Part shown: one piece after another, positions 18,945 to 29,126 of the stretch
Position numbering within the stretch: position 1 is the first letter of the stretch
Layout: every line of letters begins with the position of its first letter
Source of the DNA: an uncultured Deinococcaceae bacterium
GTDB taxonomy: Bacteria > Deinococcota > Deinococci > Deinococcales > Deinococcaceae
Assembly: GCA_964252075.1 (NCBI GenBank)
Contig: CAXULY010000053.1
Span: forward strand, 1-31,884
Direction of reading: 5' to 3'
DNA: 31,884 nt
Program-made: the position numbers and the translations under genes
The notes under the pieces: generated by a model
Told to the model about the DNA's origin: nothing
The model's input: only the letters and a program-made list of their open reading frames with translations
Databases searched by the model: none

Positions 18945-20231
18945 TCCTCCAGGACGGGGCGTGTGGGCGGTGAATGGTGAGGCTGCGGCCGTCGCGCTTG
19001 TCCCGCCCGGCGGGCGCGCTCCCGTCTCGTCGACCCGTCATCGGCCATCCATGTCCTCCAGGAGAGGTCTGGCGCGCCGCGCTCCACCCGGGCCGCGCGA
19101 ACGCCAGGGCCTTCGAGGTTGCCGTGCGGTGATCCTCACGCTTGACATGCACGTGCCTGTGAAGCTGAGGGACCAGCGCACCGATGCCCCAGAACGGAAG
19201 TGTCCGAGCGGGGTGTTGGACCGTGAAGTGCGCAGCCTGGGCGTCCTGAACGGGCTGCGGCGCGCACGGCCGCACGATCATCTCCTCTCGCTCGGCGACA
19301 CCGGCCACGGTCCTTCCGGATCCCGCAGTGGGGCGGACGACCGCTTACCCGTCCAGCGGGCGGTGGGTGAACACCACCGCCCAGACATGCGGGCGTTGGT
19401 GCTGGTCTCGTCCACCCGCACCACTGTGCGCCTGACCCACCGCCGGTCACCCTTCAACGGGCCCACCGCCAGGACGCGGCCCAAGGTCGAATCCGCGATC
19501 AACGGGACCCGCTGGAGCGTGCCCGGGAGGCTCGCGACCCGGGCGGCGGAGGGGCGCTGGCTTAAGGCGGTGATTCAACTGGAGGCTAACCTGGTGGGCG
19601 TGCAGGTGATCACGGCCCCACAACCTGAACCCGCGCCGCTGATCGACAGCAGTCAGGCCGACGGGGTGCATCCCCCGCTCGTGCGCCGCGAAGTCCTGAA
19701 GTCACGCCGCGACGCTGGCGTGGATCAACGGCTGAGGCCCTCGACGCAGGTTTCCTTCCAGTGCCAGGGGGACGCCTTTGTGCGGGTCGACCGCGGCGCG
19801 GTGGTGGCGCCAGGACACCTACGCGGTCCTGCGGGAACACAACCTGCGCTCCGCGACGTCAGGCAGGGGGACGTCATCATGCCCGCCACGGGCGGTGCCG
19901 CTCAGGCCCGTTCGACGATCACCGCGCTCCGGGCGTGCGGCGGGTGCCTGCAGTCACCGCGGCGGGACGCGTCACACCCGCGCATCGCGTGGGCACGACC
20001 ACGAACGCCCAGGGACGCACCGCACACCCGCTGGTCTGGCTGGGTCTGGGCGACGCGCGGTCAGTCGCGAACGCATCCCGCCGCGCGGACAACTGCGGGC
20101 GCCGCCCCGCAACCCTGGTTCCGTCACGGGTTGTCCTCACGTAAGGGACGCCCAGAGGCAAATCGAAACCATGACCGGCGTGCAGGGCGGGTTCATGACG
20201 CCCACGAAACGGTTGAGAGGAGCGTGGCACT

Positions 20232-20816
20232 GTGCGGAAACTGGTCGTGCTGGAACGGATCACCCTGGACGGTGTGTTCGACGCCACCGACATGTCCGGG
20301 TGGGACTTCCCCTTCGACAGCCCGTCGAGGCAAGCGGTCATCGCCGGCGGCCTTCACACCAGCGACACCTACCTGCTGGGGCGCCGCACGTACGAGCTGC
20401 TCTGGCCGGTCTGGTCCGCCCTGAGGCACAACGAGTTCGGCGTGGCCGACCAGCTGAACCGCATGAAGAAGGTCGTGGTGTCCTCGACCCTTGAGACCGC
20501 CGGGTGGCACAACTCGACCATCCTGCGTCACCACGCCATGGAGGACATCGGCCGACTCAAGCGGGACGCCGGGCAGGACATCCTGGTGCACGGCAGTGCC
20601 CGGCTGGTGCAGGGCCTTCTGGCGGCGGACCTGGTGGACGAGCTGCAGCTGCTGGTCCACCCGGTGGTGTGGGGCCGGGGCGCGAAGTGGTTCGGGGGCG
20701 ACAGCCCGACCGCGCCGCTCGACCTGATCGAAGCGCGGTCGCTCGACCTGGGCGTGGTGCTGCTCCGCTATCGGCCGACGGGACGTGAACCGTCGATGGC
20801 CCGCGCCCCCGCCTAG
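20232..20816 (+). CDS. Dihydrofolate reductase / RibD C-terminal family protein (second copy)
   Basis: ITLDGV, LLGRRTYE, HGSARLVQ.L, DELQLLVHPVVWG.G. Confidence 0.92.
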   Translation: MRKLVVLERITLDGVFDATDMSGWDFPFDSPSRQAVIAGGLHTSDTYLLGRRTYELLWPVWSALRHNEFGVADQLNRMKKVVVSSTLETAGWHNSTILRHHAMEDIGRLKRDAGQDILVHGSARLVQGLLAADLVDELQLLVHPVVWGRGAKWFGGDSPTAPLDLIEARSLDLGVVLLRYRPTGREPSMARAPA

Positions 20817-20871
20817 AGAATCCCGTGTACTGGGAATAATGGTCGCTTGAGCGGTTTCCGCCGCTTGGCGG

Positions 20872-21030
20872 TCAGTCCTTGCAGCTGGCACCGTACACCA
20901 CGCCGCCCAGCAAGAGGACCGTGAGCAGCGCGAAGCTCCACGGGTCGTCGGTCGCCTCGCTGCGCGCCCACCACAGCAGGCTGAAGACGGCGGCGAACAT
21001 CGCCAGGGAGACGAGCGGATGCGACCTCAC
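20872..21030 (-). CDS. Small 2-TM membrane protein (52 aa), absent from the ORF track
   Basis: MRSHPLVSLAMFAAVFSLLWWARSEATDDPWSFALLTVLLLGGVVYGASCKD*; CAGGA upstream; GC3-rich. Confidence 0.6.
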   Translation of the reverse strand: MRSHPLVSLAMFAAVFSLLWWARSEATDDPWSFALLTVLLLGGVVYGASCKD

Positions 21031-21090
21031 GGTCCTGGGTTGTCCCCACCGCTCATCGGCTTGGATGCGCGCGCCATCGGAAGGTGGCCG

Positions 21091-22008
21091 CTAAAGGCGG
21101 CCGCTGAGCACCGCCCATGCGGCTGCCGTGCCCAGAGCGGAGATGATGCAGAAGCGCATCATCACCTGCGTTTCCGGCATGCCCCCCGCCTCAAAGTGGT
21201 GGTGAATGGGCGTGATGCGAAACAAGCGCCGCCCACCCGTCCGGCGAAAGTACGCCACCTGCACGAACACGCTCAGCACCTCCACCACCGGAATGATCGC
21301 CGCCAGCGGGAGCAGCCACACGTCGGCGTACAGGATGTACGCGCCCGCGATGAGCCCGCCGATGGCGTGGCTGCCCATGTCACCCATGAACACCCGCGCC
21401 GGGTGCGCATTGAACCACAAAAACCCCAGCAGCGCCCCCACCAGGAGGGTCGCTGCGGGGGACAGCGCCAGGAGGGGCAGCAGGATGATCATGCTGACCG
21501 AGGCGTGTTGACCATCGATGCCATCGGTGAAGTTGAATGCGTTCACGCTGGCCACCATGACGACCGTCAGCAGCAGGGTTTCCGCTGGCCGTCCGAGGTC
21601 CGGTCCGACGACATGCGGCGCCAGGGGCGCCGCGAAGTACGCGAACGCGAAGGCGACCAGAAGCTGAAGGGGAAACTTCTCGCGGGCGCGCAGTTCCGCC
21701 TTGCCGCTTCCAAGTGAACGCGACCGGATCTTGAGCACGTCATCGATCAGGCCGATGACGCCCATGCCGAGCGCCGCCAGCATCAGCGGCACTTCGCGCG
21801 GGTCCGTGGCGTGCCCCGTCAGGCGGTACCCGAGCCACACGATCAGTAGGGCGAGCACGAAGCCGACACCACCCGCAGTGGGCGTGCCGTCCTTCGCCTG
21901 GTGCGTGGGGGGGAGTTCCGCGCGGACCCGTTGGCCCCAGCCGTACCGCCGTGAGGCCGCGATGAAGCTACCGACCAGGAACCAGGACAGCAGCGCCGCC
22001 AGAATCAC
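21091..22008 (-). CDS. mraY: Phospho-N-acetylmuramoyl-pentapeptide transferase, isolated copy
   Basis: [46 protein letters not shown]. Confidence 0.93.
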   Translation of the reverse strand: MILAALLSWFLVGSFIAASRRYGWGQRVRAELPPTHQAKDGTPTAGGVGFVLALLIVWLGYRLTGHATDPREVPLMLAALGMGVIGLIDDVLKIRSRSLGSGKAELRAREKFPLQLLVAFAFAYFAAPLAPHVVGPDLGRPAETLLLTVVMVASVNAFNFTDGIDGQHASVSMIILLPLLALSPAATLLVGALLGFLWFNAHPARVFMGDMGSHAIGGLIAGAYILYADVWLLPLAAIIPVVEVLSVFVQVAYFRRTGGRRLFRITPIHHHFEAGGMPETQVMMRFCIISALGTAAAWAVLSGRL

Positions 22009-22493
22009 GTGTTGTTCCCGACGCAGCGCATGGAGGCCAGCCAGGTCTGGCAAGGACCGCGCGTGCTCATGGAAGCCGCCCATTCACAACGGCGGACCTT
22101 GGCGTGCAGGTGCGGGGCATGTCGTCATTGTGCGAGCTCGATCCGTACGGGACAAGGCGAGGGGCATGACGGGGGAGGCTCATCCGCCCGCCGTGGGCGG
22201 GACCACGCCAGCACTGGCTCCACCCGAACTGGAACACACAGCGGTGGCGACCAACAAGCCAATGGTAGGGCGGGCACGCGAGGCCCGCCCGATCCAACCA
22301 TCGACTGCGCCGCGTGGGCCCTGGTCAGAGAGGGCAGCGGAGCAAGGTCGTCCACTGGGTGATGTTCAGAAAACGTTGAAAGAGAGCTATACCAACATCA
22401 ATCCAGTGGAACATTGTCGGTGCAAATGGCATTGATGGCGAATGAATGTAGTACCCCGCACAAAACCTCATGTGAAGGCGGCAGCGTTGCTTT

Positions 22494-23291
22494 GTGACGT
22501 TCGTCTCCGATCACTTCTGGACCCTGGTCGCGCCCCTCCTTCTACACCAACGGGTCACAGGCGGACGTCCTCGCATTAACGATTGCCTCGCGCTCGAAGG
22601 TTTCCTCTTCGTGCTCCATACAGGCATCTCCTGGCGCTCCCTCCCCCAGCAACTCGGATACGGCAGTTGCTGGCGGCGGCTTATCGAATGGCAACAGCGT
22701 GAGGTGTGGGCGGCCCCACACCGCGTCCTCCTCGACCAACGCCATGCCACCAGAACGATCGACTGGACCCGCGCCTCGCTTGACTCCACGACCGTCGCCG
22801 CCCCTTGCGGTGGACAACTGACCGGTCCTGACCCCACCAACCGAGGCAAGCGGGGGTGCAAACGGCACGTCCTGGTTGACCGCGACGGCCTTCCACTCAC
22901 CGCCGTGATTTCGGCGGCGAATGTGCACGACAGCCGGATGCTTGAAGCAGCGGTGGATGCGGTGCCTGGCGTGCGGGGTTGTCGCGGGGGCATGCCCCGC
23001 AAGCATCTGTATCAGCTTCACGCGGACAAGGGTTACGATTTCCGTCGCGGCCGTCAATCCTTGTATGGACGCAGGATCGTTCCTCGGATTGCCCGGCGCG
23101 GTTTTGAGCGCCGCGAGCGTCTCGGACGGCACCGGTGGGTGGTGGAACGGACGCTGAGCTGATTGAACCGCTTCAAGCGTCTCAAAATGCGCTCTGAAAG
23201 ACGCGCAGCGGCACATCTCGCCCTGCCCGTGTTGGCGTGTGCGCTCCTGTGCTTCAGGCTCGCCCGGCGACTTGTGGGGAAGAGCGTGTAG
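22494..23291 (+). pseudogene. IS5-family transposase with in-frame TGA at 23160-23162
   Basis: W..LP...G..SCWRRL..W, DSTTV.A, K.H.LVDR.GLP, ADKGYD, RWVVERTLS*LNRFKRL. Confidence 0.9.
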
Positions 23292-23352
23292 GCGCGGGTT
23301 CGGGAGAAGCGAGCGACTGTACAGGTGTCCAGCGTGTCATACACTTCCCAAC

Positions 23353-23721
23353 GTGGCTGAGCCTGCCATCAATGCACTCTCGTACTATCCGTACTCTCAG
23401 GCAGTCAAGGACATCATCCCCGAATTAGACCTTCAGGATGACCGGTGGCCGCCGAACGCCTGCTGGATCAGCATGCGGCTCCTCAACGTGGTTGACCCGT
23501 GGGTGGAAGCGAAGGAAGGAGTGCGGCTTCGCCCAGTGCTGAATCTCATTGAGCAGTGCCAGTGGCGAGGCACGTCAGACGTCGAAAATGATGTGTGTAC
23601 CTGCCTTCTTGAGAGCCTCTCGAACGCTCTTGGGTGGACGAACCCGGACCTCAAACCCTGGTTTCGGGACCTTCTTGGTCCGCGGTCCAGAGCGTTCTGG
23701 GATGCGTGGAATGAGCTTTGA
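23353..23721 (+). CDS. DUF7674-like putative immunity protein (122 aa), leaderless
   Basis: TACACT 7 nt before GTG; LIE....G...VENDVCTCLLESL...LLGPRSR..W..WN. Confidence 0.6.
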   Translation: MAEPAINALSYYPYSQAVKDIIPELDLQDDRWPPNACWISMRLLNVVDPWVEAKEGVRLRPVLNLIEQCQWRGTSDVENDVCTCLLESLSNALGWTNPDLKPWFRDLLGPRSRAFWDAWNEL

Positions 23722-23783
23722 ATAGATCGACTGGAGCAATGCAGGTGCTCCAAGGTCTGTAAACAGGGTTTTGTGCAGGGTCC

Positions 23784-24203
23784 TTAGTTCAGTTCGCGCG
23801 GCTCTTCATCGCTCTCGCCTTTGAAGAAGGCAATGTTGCCCCGCATGACGCTCTCAAGCAAGCCGAGAAAGAAGTCTGCGGCCTGTTCTCCGGACGCGAC
23901 GGTTTCCTCGTACTCCCCCATCTTCACCTGATACCGTCCGGTGCCCACTTGGCGCACAAGGACGGTGGTCGTTTTCTCAGAGGACTTCATGCTGTCAAAC
24001 ACAAGTTTGAGCCTCACCAGCCATGCGGTTCCGCTGCTCGCCATTTCCGCTGGCACGACCCGCACTGTAATTCCTCCTGACTTGAGTCGGGCATTGAGCG
24101 CGGTGGTGAAGTCGGTCCCAAGGCGGCGAAGGTTGGCTTTGTACGTGTCGTGCTCTGAGCCCTCCTGCGTCCACAGGGTCTTAAAGTTCTCGCCAGCATC
24201 CAT
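23784..24203 (-). CDS. Hypothetical protein (139 aa), leaderless
   Basis: TAGGGT 5 nt before ATG; protein-like composition. Confidence 0.7.
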   Translation of the reverse strand: MDAGENFKTLWTQEGSEHDTYKANLRRLGTDFTTALNARLKSGGITVRVVPAEMASSGTAWLVRLKLVFDSMKSSEKTTTVLVRQVGTGRYQVKMGEYEETVASGEQAADFFLGLLESVMRGNIAFFKGESDEEPRELN

Positions 24204-24403
24204 GGTTGACCCTACCGCGCCGCTCGGTTGAGCGGCGTCAAATTTGACACTCGCCCGGTCCGTTTGGCACGGCGGCGGGTGGGTGAACCTGTAAGGCTAT
24301 TGAAGTAGGATTGAGCCTCCGCGGCTCCCACCGATTTGAACTCCATGCCTCTCCAGTGGATGCCTCACCCATCGCCTCAAGTGCGGAAAGCGCAGGTGTG
24401 TGG

Positions 24404-24823
24404 ATGCCAATGACCGAAGAAGAGGGCGTAAAAAAGATTCAGGATTTTCTACAGGAGTTAGGTGCCATTTCCGTGGCTTACGGGGTGACCGCTATGGTGT
24501 TTCACACAAGAGACGCGGAAATCAGCTTTTCGGGAAACACCATACGGTTTAACGGCATTGATTTTCAGCCCATCAAGTCAAGAGACCTGGACAGATTGGT
24601 AAGGTCATCTGGCATCGAACGGAGTGACGTCCAGCAAACCGAAGGGTTTACAGACCAGGGATTACAGCAATTTGCGAATCTTATAGTGCAATCCATGAGA
24701 AAATATGGGATTGCAAAAATGTGGCCTCAAAAGGTAGGTGCTACTTTGGGGTGGCAGAGGATCAGCAGCAGAGACTCGTTCAGCTCTACTGACGTCAACT
24801 TCGCCCTAACACAGCAAGCGTGA
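24404..24823 (+). CDS. Low-GC hypothetical protein
   Basis: Open frame in an AT-richer segment; start uncertain. Confidence 0.6.
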   Translation: MPMTEEEGVKKIQDFLQELGAISVAYGVTAMVFHTRDAEISFSGNTIRFNGIDFQPIKSRDLDRLVRSSGIERSDVQQTEGFTDQGLQQFANLIVQSMRKYGIAKMWPQKVGATLGWQRISSRDSFSSTDVNFALTQQA

Positions 24824-24826
24824 CCG

Positions 24827-24852
24827 GGAGGCCAGGCGAGTGCCCGGCCTCT
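24827..24852. terminator. GAGGCC-hairpin family copy between convergent genes
   Basis: 25/26 identical to 28795-28820. Confidence 0.6.
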
Positions 24853-24866
24853 TTGCTTGCCCCTTA

Positions 24867-25157
24867 TCACACTTCGTCGTCGTGGGTGGGGGCAATCTTC
24901 AGTTGGAGGGACGGGTATGTGTCGAACAGCTCCTGCCGCGCCGCAATGCCTTCCTCTGACAGCACGTACAGCCCATGCCGGAGGCGCGTGAGGAGGCGGG
25001 AGGCGGACAGCATGCGGACAGCGTGCCCAACGGACTGACGCATCGCCAGCCGGGATTCCAAGTCTTTCACCCGAATGGTTTCGCCGGGCAGCACCGAAAC
25101 GAGAATCCGTTGCTCAAGGCCGAACGGCGGGAGCGACGAAGATTCCATGCCGCCCAT
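24867..25157 (-). CDS. Small winged-helix-like protein
   Basis: RVKDL..RL....QSVGHAVR.L....LL.R...G.YVLSEEG; TTTAAT 6 nt before ATG. Confidence 0.6.
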   Translation of the reverse strand: MGGMESSSLPPFGLEQRILVSVLPGETIRVKDLESRLAMRQSVGHAVRMLSASRLLTRLRHGLYVLSEEGIAARQELFDTYPSLQLKIAPTHDDEV

Positions 25158-25400
25158 CGTGGCATTAAAACGCGGGCCGCTTCGTCCAGTAGGCGACCCG
25201 CGTTGCGCTCAACACGAGGAAGCGGGCGGAGCGCTGAGAGGAGTCTATGTCAAATCTGACGCGAAGCTCGCCCACCCCATAGGGTGCGGCAGATCAGGTG
25301 ACGCGGCTTACACCATTGTCGTATAAAGAGGATACGTAAACGATGCAAGCACCTGCATTGCTCGGACGCAAGGGAAACGTCCACTGAGAGGGGAAAAAGC

Positions 25401-25613
25401 ATGAAGCGACCACTGTCAATGAAAGGGTTCAGCCCTGCGTTTTTGTTCGGCACGTCGCAGATTGGGCTTCGAGCCCCGAAGCCGGGTAGAGGACTTCAGA
25501 TCGCCGAGACGCTTGTCTCCAGCCGCAAGGATGACGGCATGGCGATCAGGCGGGACGGCCGCAACCTGAAGGCAGACTTCACCAAGGCGCGCGCGAAGAA
25601 CAAGCAGAAGTAG
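25401..25613 (+). CDS. Small basic protein upstream of the DUF2335 gene
   Basis: GAGGGG RBS; D..AIRRD...L..DF motif. Confidence 0.6.
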   Translation: MKRPLSMKGFSPAFLFGTSQIGLRAPKPGRGLQIAETLVSSRKDDGMAIRRDGRNLKADFTKARAKNKQK

Positions 25614-25625
25614 ACGAGCGTTGAA

Positions 25626-25655
25626 AGGCTAGCGACCCCTAGGGGTCGCTAGCCT
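25626..25655. terminator. Perfect 30-bp palindrome followed by CGTTTT
   Basis: AGGCTAGCGACCCCT/AGGGGTCGCTAGCCT. Confidence 0.6.
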
Positions 25656-25661
25656 CGTTTT

Positions 25662-26285
25662 ATGTCGGGTGGGGAGGAGAGGGAAGCGCCAATCCAAGCC
25701 TTGGATGTTCGGAGAGAGGACCAAGGGCGTGCGATTGAGCAAGCTCTTGCTCGCCTTGTGTCGGGTTCGGATGGAACGTACGAGATCACCGACGTGAGGT
25801 TGGAGTCACATCAAGGACCGGTACCACACCCGGACTCCCTCGTGAAATACGAGGCGGTTGTGCCCGGCTCAGCAGCCCTGTTCTTTCAGATGCTTCAACG
25901 CAATCAAGACATGGCTGAGCGCGAACAGGCGCACCGGCACGGCATCGAGAACCGAACGGTGGCGATTGCGGAGAACGTCGAACGCTCGAACGCCTATGCC
26001 ATCACGCGAGGACAGATTTTCGCTTTGATGCTTGGGCTAATTGGCATTGTCCTCGCCGGATTGCTCGCCATGCGGGGGCAAGCCACGGCGGCGGTACTGA
26101 CGTTCCTCTCGTCGCTCCTTGTCATGGCAATTCCGCGGCTCAGTGCATCTTTCCGAGAGCGGCGCGCGAAGAAGAAACCCGATGAGGAGAAGGGGGAGGC
26201 TGAATCCTCCCCCTTCTCCTGTACGGTCAAATCCTTTTCGATCGCTCGTATTGATTCCATGATTTTTTGGAATCCCATTTGCTGA
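25662..26285 (+). CDS. DUF2335 domain membrane protein
   Basis: HQGPVPHP..L..YE..VPGSA...MAEREQAHRH..E, RGQ.FA plus two TM helices. Confidence 0.85.
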   Translation: MSGGEEREAPIQALDVRREDQGRAIEQALARLVSGSDGTYEITDVRLESHQGPVPHPDSLVKYEAVVPGSAALFFQMLQRNQDMAEREQAHRHGIENRTVAIAENVERSNAYAITRGQIFALMLGLIGIVLAGLLAMRGQATAAVLTFLSSLLVMAIPRLSASFRERRAKKKPDEEKGEAESSPFSCTVKSFSIARIDSMIFWNPIC

Positions 26286-26422
26286 ATGTCCTGCCCCTCT
26301 TCCACCGTCAGCAAGCCCTTCTCAACCAGCTTTTTCAGAAAAAGGTCAGCGACAAAACCCGCGCGCTGACCTTCTATGGCCAAGTTAAGAAGGTGTCTCT
26401 GGAGCGGGTCCATCTCTGCCAT
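25994..26422 (-). CDS. Hypothetical protein; genuine part probably the first ~75 aa
   Basis: LVEKGLLTVEE helix motif; reads through into the DUF2335 gene antisense. Confidence 0.55.
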   Translation of the reverse strand: MAEMDPLQRHLLNLAIEGQRAGFVADLFLKKLVEKGLLTVEEGQDIQQMGFQKIMESIRAIEKDLTVQEKGEDSASPFSSSGFFFARRSRKDALSRGIAMTRSDERNVSTAAVACPRMASNPARTMPISPSIKAKICPRVMA

Positions 26423-26554
26423 ATCAATGTTCTTGATACCGCCCCGCTCTGGGCTCGGATGTCACCCCACATATGGATCGAAAACGACAGGACCGTGGTG
26501 GAGTGAGGACGCGCCAGAATCCACGCTGAGTTGAAAAGGTGAGGAGACGTTTTG

Positions 26555-26940
26555 ATGGTCTCTAAAGTCATCCGTGAGGAGAAACCACCCCGTAAACACC
26601 AGGCCTCCTTTAGGCTGCGCGCATGCATGAGTTCTCAGTTCAGGCCGCATCGCCTGACGACTACAGCGATCAGCAGCACCGATTCACGGCCGCCAGTGCC
26701 TTCGCTTAATATGGAACTGAATCTGTCGCCGACGATGGCAAGAACGCCGAGGCCCTCTCCGCGATTGCGGGCAGCTTGAGCCTGGCTCCGTCCGCTGACC
26801 TCGAAGAGGTGCTTGAGACACTCCAGCGCGATGAACCGTATGCACGGGTGACGCTGACCCCTGATGGCGCGGACACAGGGTACTTCTACATGACCGAAAG
26901 TCAGGCCTCCAAGCTCGGACTCAACACCTCCAACAAATAA
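26555..26940 (+). pseudogene. Degraded hypothetical gene
   Basis: GAGGAG RBS, then a GC3-rich frame broken by a frameshift and an in-frame TAA. Confidence 0.3.
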
Positions 26941-26997
26941 GGATGACGAACGCGCGACCCAGCACGGGTATCTTCCATGAAGCGAGGTGAACACGTG

Positions 26998-28382
26998 CAG
27001 GACTTTGTCACTTCCCTTCAGGGTCATGGAGGCGCGCCTCGAAGGCGTTCTCCACAGTGCGGACAGCGACCGGGTCGGACTCCCTCCAAGGTTCGGTTCG
27101 CTTCCCGTCGGGCACCCGGCACCGTGAACACGAACACCGATCCTCTCCGCGTCTCCTGCCGCACCCATTGCAGGAACAGCATCGTCAGCATCACCAAAAC
27201 CACGTCCTGGCCGTAGACCTCGCCAGGAGCGCCCTTCGAAGTGATCCAACCCCAACTCCTCCTTCGCCTGGCCGTGATTGACGTCGCAGGCCCACCTCGA
27301 GCAAACCAGCCGCGCCAAGGCGGCCTTGGATGTCCCAGCGGGAAGGGTCGACACGGAGTCTTTAATCTCCTCGCCGCGCCGCTGTTCTCCGATCACCCAC
27401 ACGTCCTCCCCCGGCAAGCGCACCCCTCGGGAGATCCCCGGTCTCTCGGCCAAACGAGGGCGGACCATCACCCAGCGCGACTTCTTCGCGCCCTTGACGG
27501 TATGCCAGTGGTGCGGTGGGAGGCAGGCGAGCACGTCGTGGATCGGGCGCGCGGCCTCGCTCGGCACCGGATGCTTCGCCGGGCGCCCCGTGCGGTGCTT
27601 GGGTTGTTCGGCGAGCGTAACGTCAAGGCGGTCCACCCCGTGGTGGGACGCGATCCTCAAGGCCCAACACAACTCCCGCGCCGTAAAACCATGCCGAAAG
27701 GCCGTACTCGAGCCGTACCCGGCATCGGCCACCACGGTGCCGGACATCACGCCCGCGTGGCGCACACGATCGAGTTCCGCAAGCGCGAGGTGCTGTTTGG
27801 AGGCGAAGGCCTGCTGCGCGGCTGGGATGCCGGCAGCGGCACAGCGCGCCTCATCGTCGGTCCGGACGCGCGGAAGAAAGAGCCGCATGCCCAGCGGCGC
27901 GCAGACACGTCCGTCAGCCAGGGTGAGGATGACGGGTGCCTGGCAGTTGGTGACACGGCGCTGGGCGCCGCAGGACTGCGGCGCGACGCCGACGCTGTGC
28001 GAGCCACTTTTGGGCAGGGCGGTGTCGTCGTTTGAATCAGCACGGCGTGCTTCCCACCACACAGTGCCCTTGCTTGCTGAGCGATCTGGGATTCGAGGGC
28101 GTCGGTTTTCCAAGGGCTGACGTTCAGGAAGTGGTGGAGGCGCTGGTCGGAAACGCCCAGGGACTCGGCGATGGGCTGAGCACTTTTACGCTCGAGGGGG
28201 GCAAGAAGGCCGCGGATGGACGTGGGCAGGCACGTCCGCTGTTTGGGGTGGTCGAGGGTTTCGAGGTGGGGAAGCAGGAAGTCTCGAAACGCTTTGGGCC
28301 AGGTGTGCGGGACAGACATGTGTCAGGTTCGACCAGAACAGCGAGGGGCAGCTGAGCGCCGCCCCCAAGTGACAAAGTCCTG
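26998..28382 (-). mobile_element. Full-length IS701-family element with multiply frameshifted transposase
   Basis: Perfect 16-bp IRs CAGGACTTTGTCACTT / AAGTGACAAAGTCCTG, 4-bp [48 protein letters not shown]. Confidence 0.92.
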
Positions 28383-28397
28383 CGTGTGTCCACCGCA

Positions 28398-28439
28398 TAA
28401 ACGAGCGAGGCCGGGCATTCGTCCGGCCTCGCTCGTTTA
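28398..28439 (-). terminator. Hairpin terminator after the 68-aa gene
   Basis: 17-bp perfect stem TAAACGAGCGAGGCCGG / CCGGCCTCGCTCGTTTA. Confidence 0.75.
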
Positions 28440-28444
28440 CTCGC

Positions 28445-28651
28445 TTATCCCATCACTTGCGCGAACAGGGCGACCGTGCCGAGCACCGCCGTGCTCGGCC
28501 ACACCTGTTGCGTCATCACGTACCGCTTCCCTTCCCACATGAATTCATCGCCCAAGCGCGGCGGTGAAACGTCCATCTGGTACACCACGACCAGTTCTGC
28601 GGCGTGCGGGTTGGGCCGCACCTTGCGGACGTGGCGGGGGTCAACAGGCAT
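28445..28651 (-). CDS. 68-aa beta-rich protein, paralog 1
   Basis: Aligns without gaps to 28832-29038 and 30022-30228. Confidence 0.85.
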   Translation of the reverse strand: MPVDPRHVRKVRPNPHAAELVVVYQMDVSPPRLGDEFMWEGKRYVMTQQVWPSTAVLGTVALFAQVMG

Positions 28652-28831
28652 GTCCGACAGTCTGGGGGCCGTACTGTACGGCTTCCTGCAGCCGCCGTGA
28701 AGGCCAGTTGAGCTGAACTTGAGCGAGACCTTATCTGCCGCCTTCCGGGAGGCTTGCCGTGCGCCTTCTTGACCTTCATGGATCCACGCCCTCAGGAGGC
28801 CAGGCGAGTGACCGGCCTCTCCCTTTGCCCT

Positions 28832-29038
28832 TCACTCCGGCGCAACGGCGAACAACGCGACCGCGCCAAACGCGGTTGTCCTGGGCCACATCAGCTGCGT
28901 CATCACGTGCCGCTGCCCCTCCCACACGAACACATCGCCCACTTGGGGTCGCGGAGCATTGATGCGGTACACCACCACCAACATGGTCGAATCCGGACTT
29001 CGCCGGACCCGCCGCACGTCACTGGGGTTCACCTGCAT
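28832..29038 (-). CDS. 68-aa beta-rich protein, paralog 2
   Basis: LVVVY....P..GD...WEG.R.VM.Q..W..T...G.VALFA. Confidence 0.85.
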   Translation of the reverse strand: MQVNPSDVRRVRRSPDSTMLVVVYRINAPRPQVGDVFVWEGQRHVMTQLMWPRTTAFGAVALFAVAPE

Positions 29039-29126
29039 GGCTCAGTCTGCAAAGCCACCGGAGCGGTCCAGCTCATCAGCAATGAAGCGGGGTTGATCTG
29101 CCGTTGGGTCTTGCTTGATGCCACCG

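Larger units (their letters stand above)
22451..23783 (+). mobile_element. IS5-family element enclosing a passenger gene
   Basis: IRs GTACCCCGCACAAAACC (22451-22467) and GGTTTTGTGCAGGGTCC (23767-23783), 15/17 match; flanks GTA/TTA. Confidence 0.7.

Noticed and set aside
18763..20424. 553-aa ORF
   Set aside because: Overlaps both RibD-C genes out of frame, is Arg/Pro-rich and has no motif; probably a GC-rich artefact over degraded fragments.
26635..28113. 492-aa ORF as an intact gene
   Set aside because: Only the middle is IS701 transposase; it runs out of frame and past the IR.
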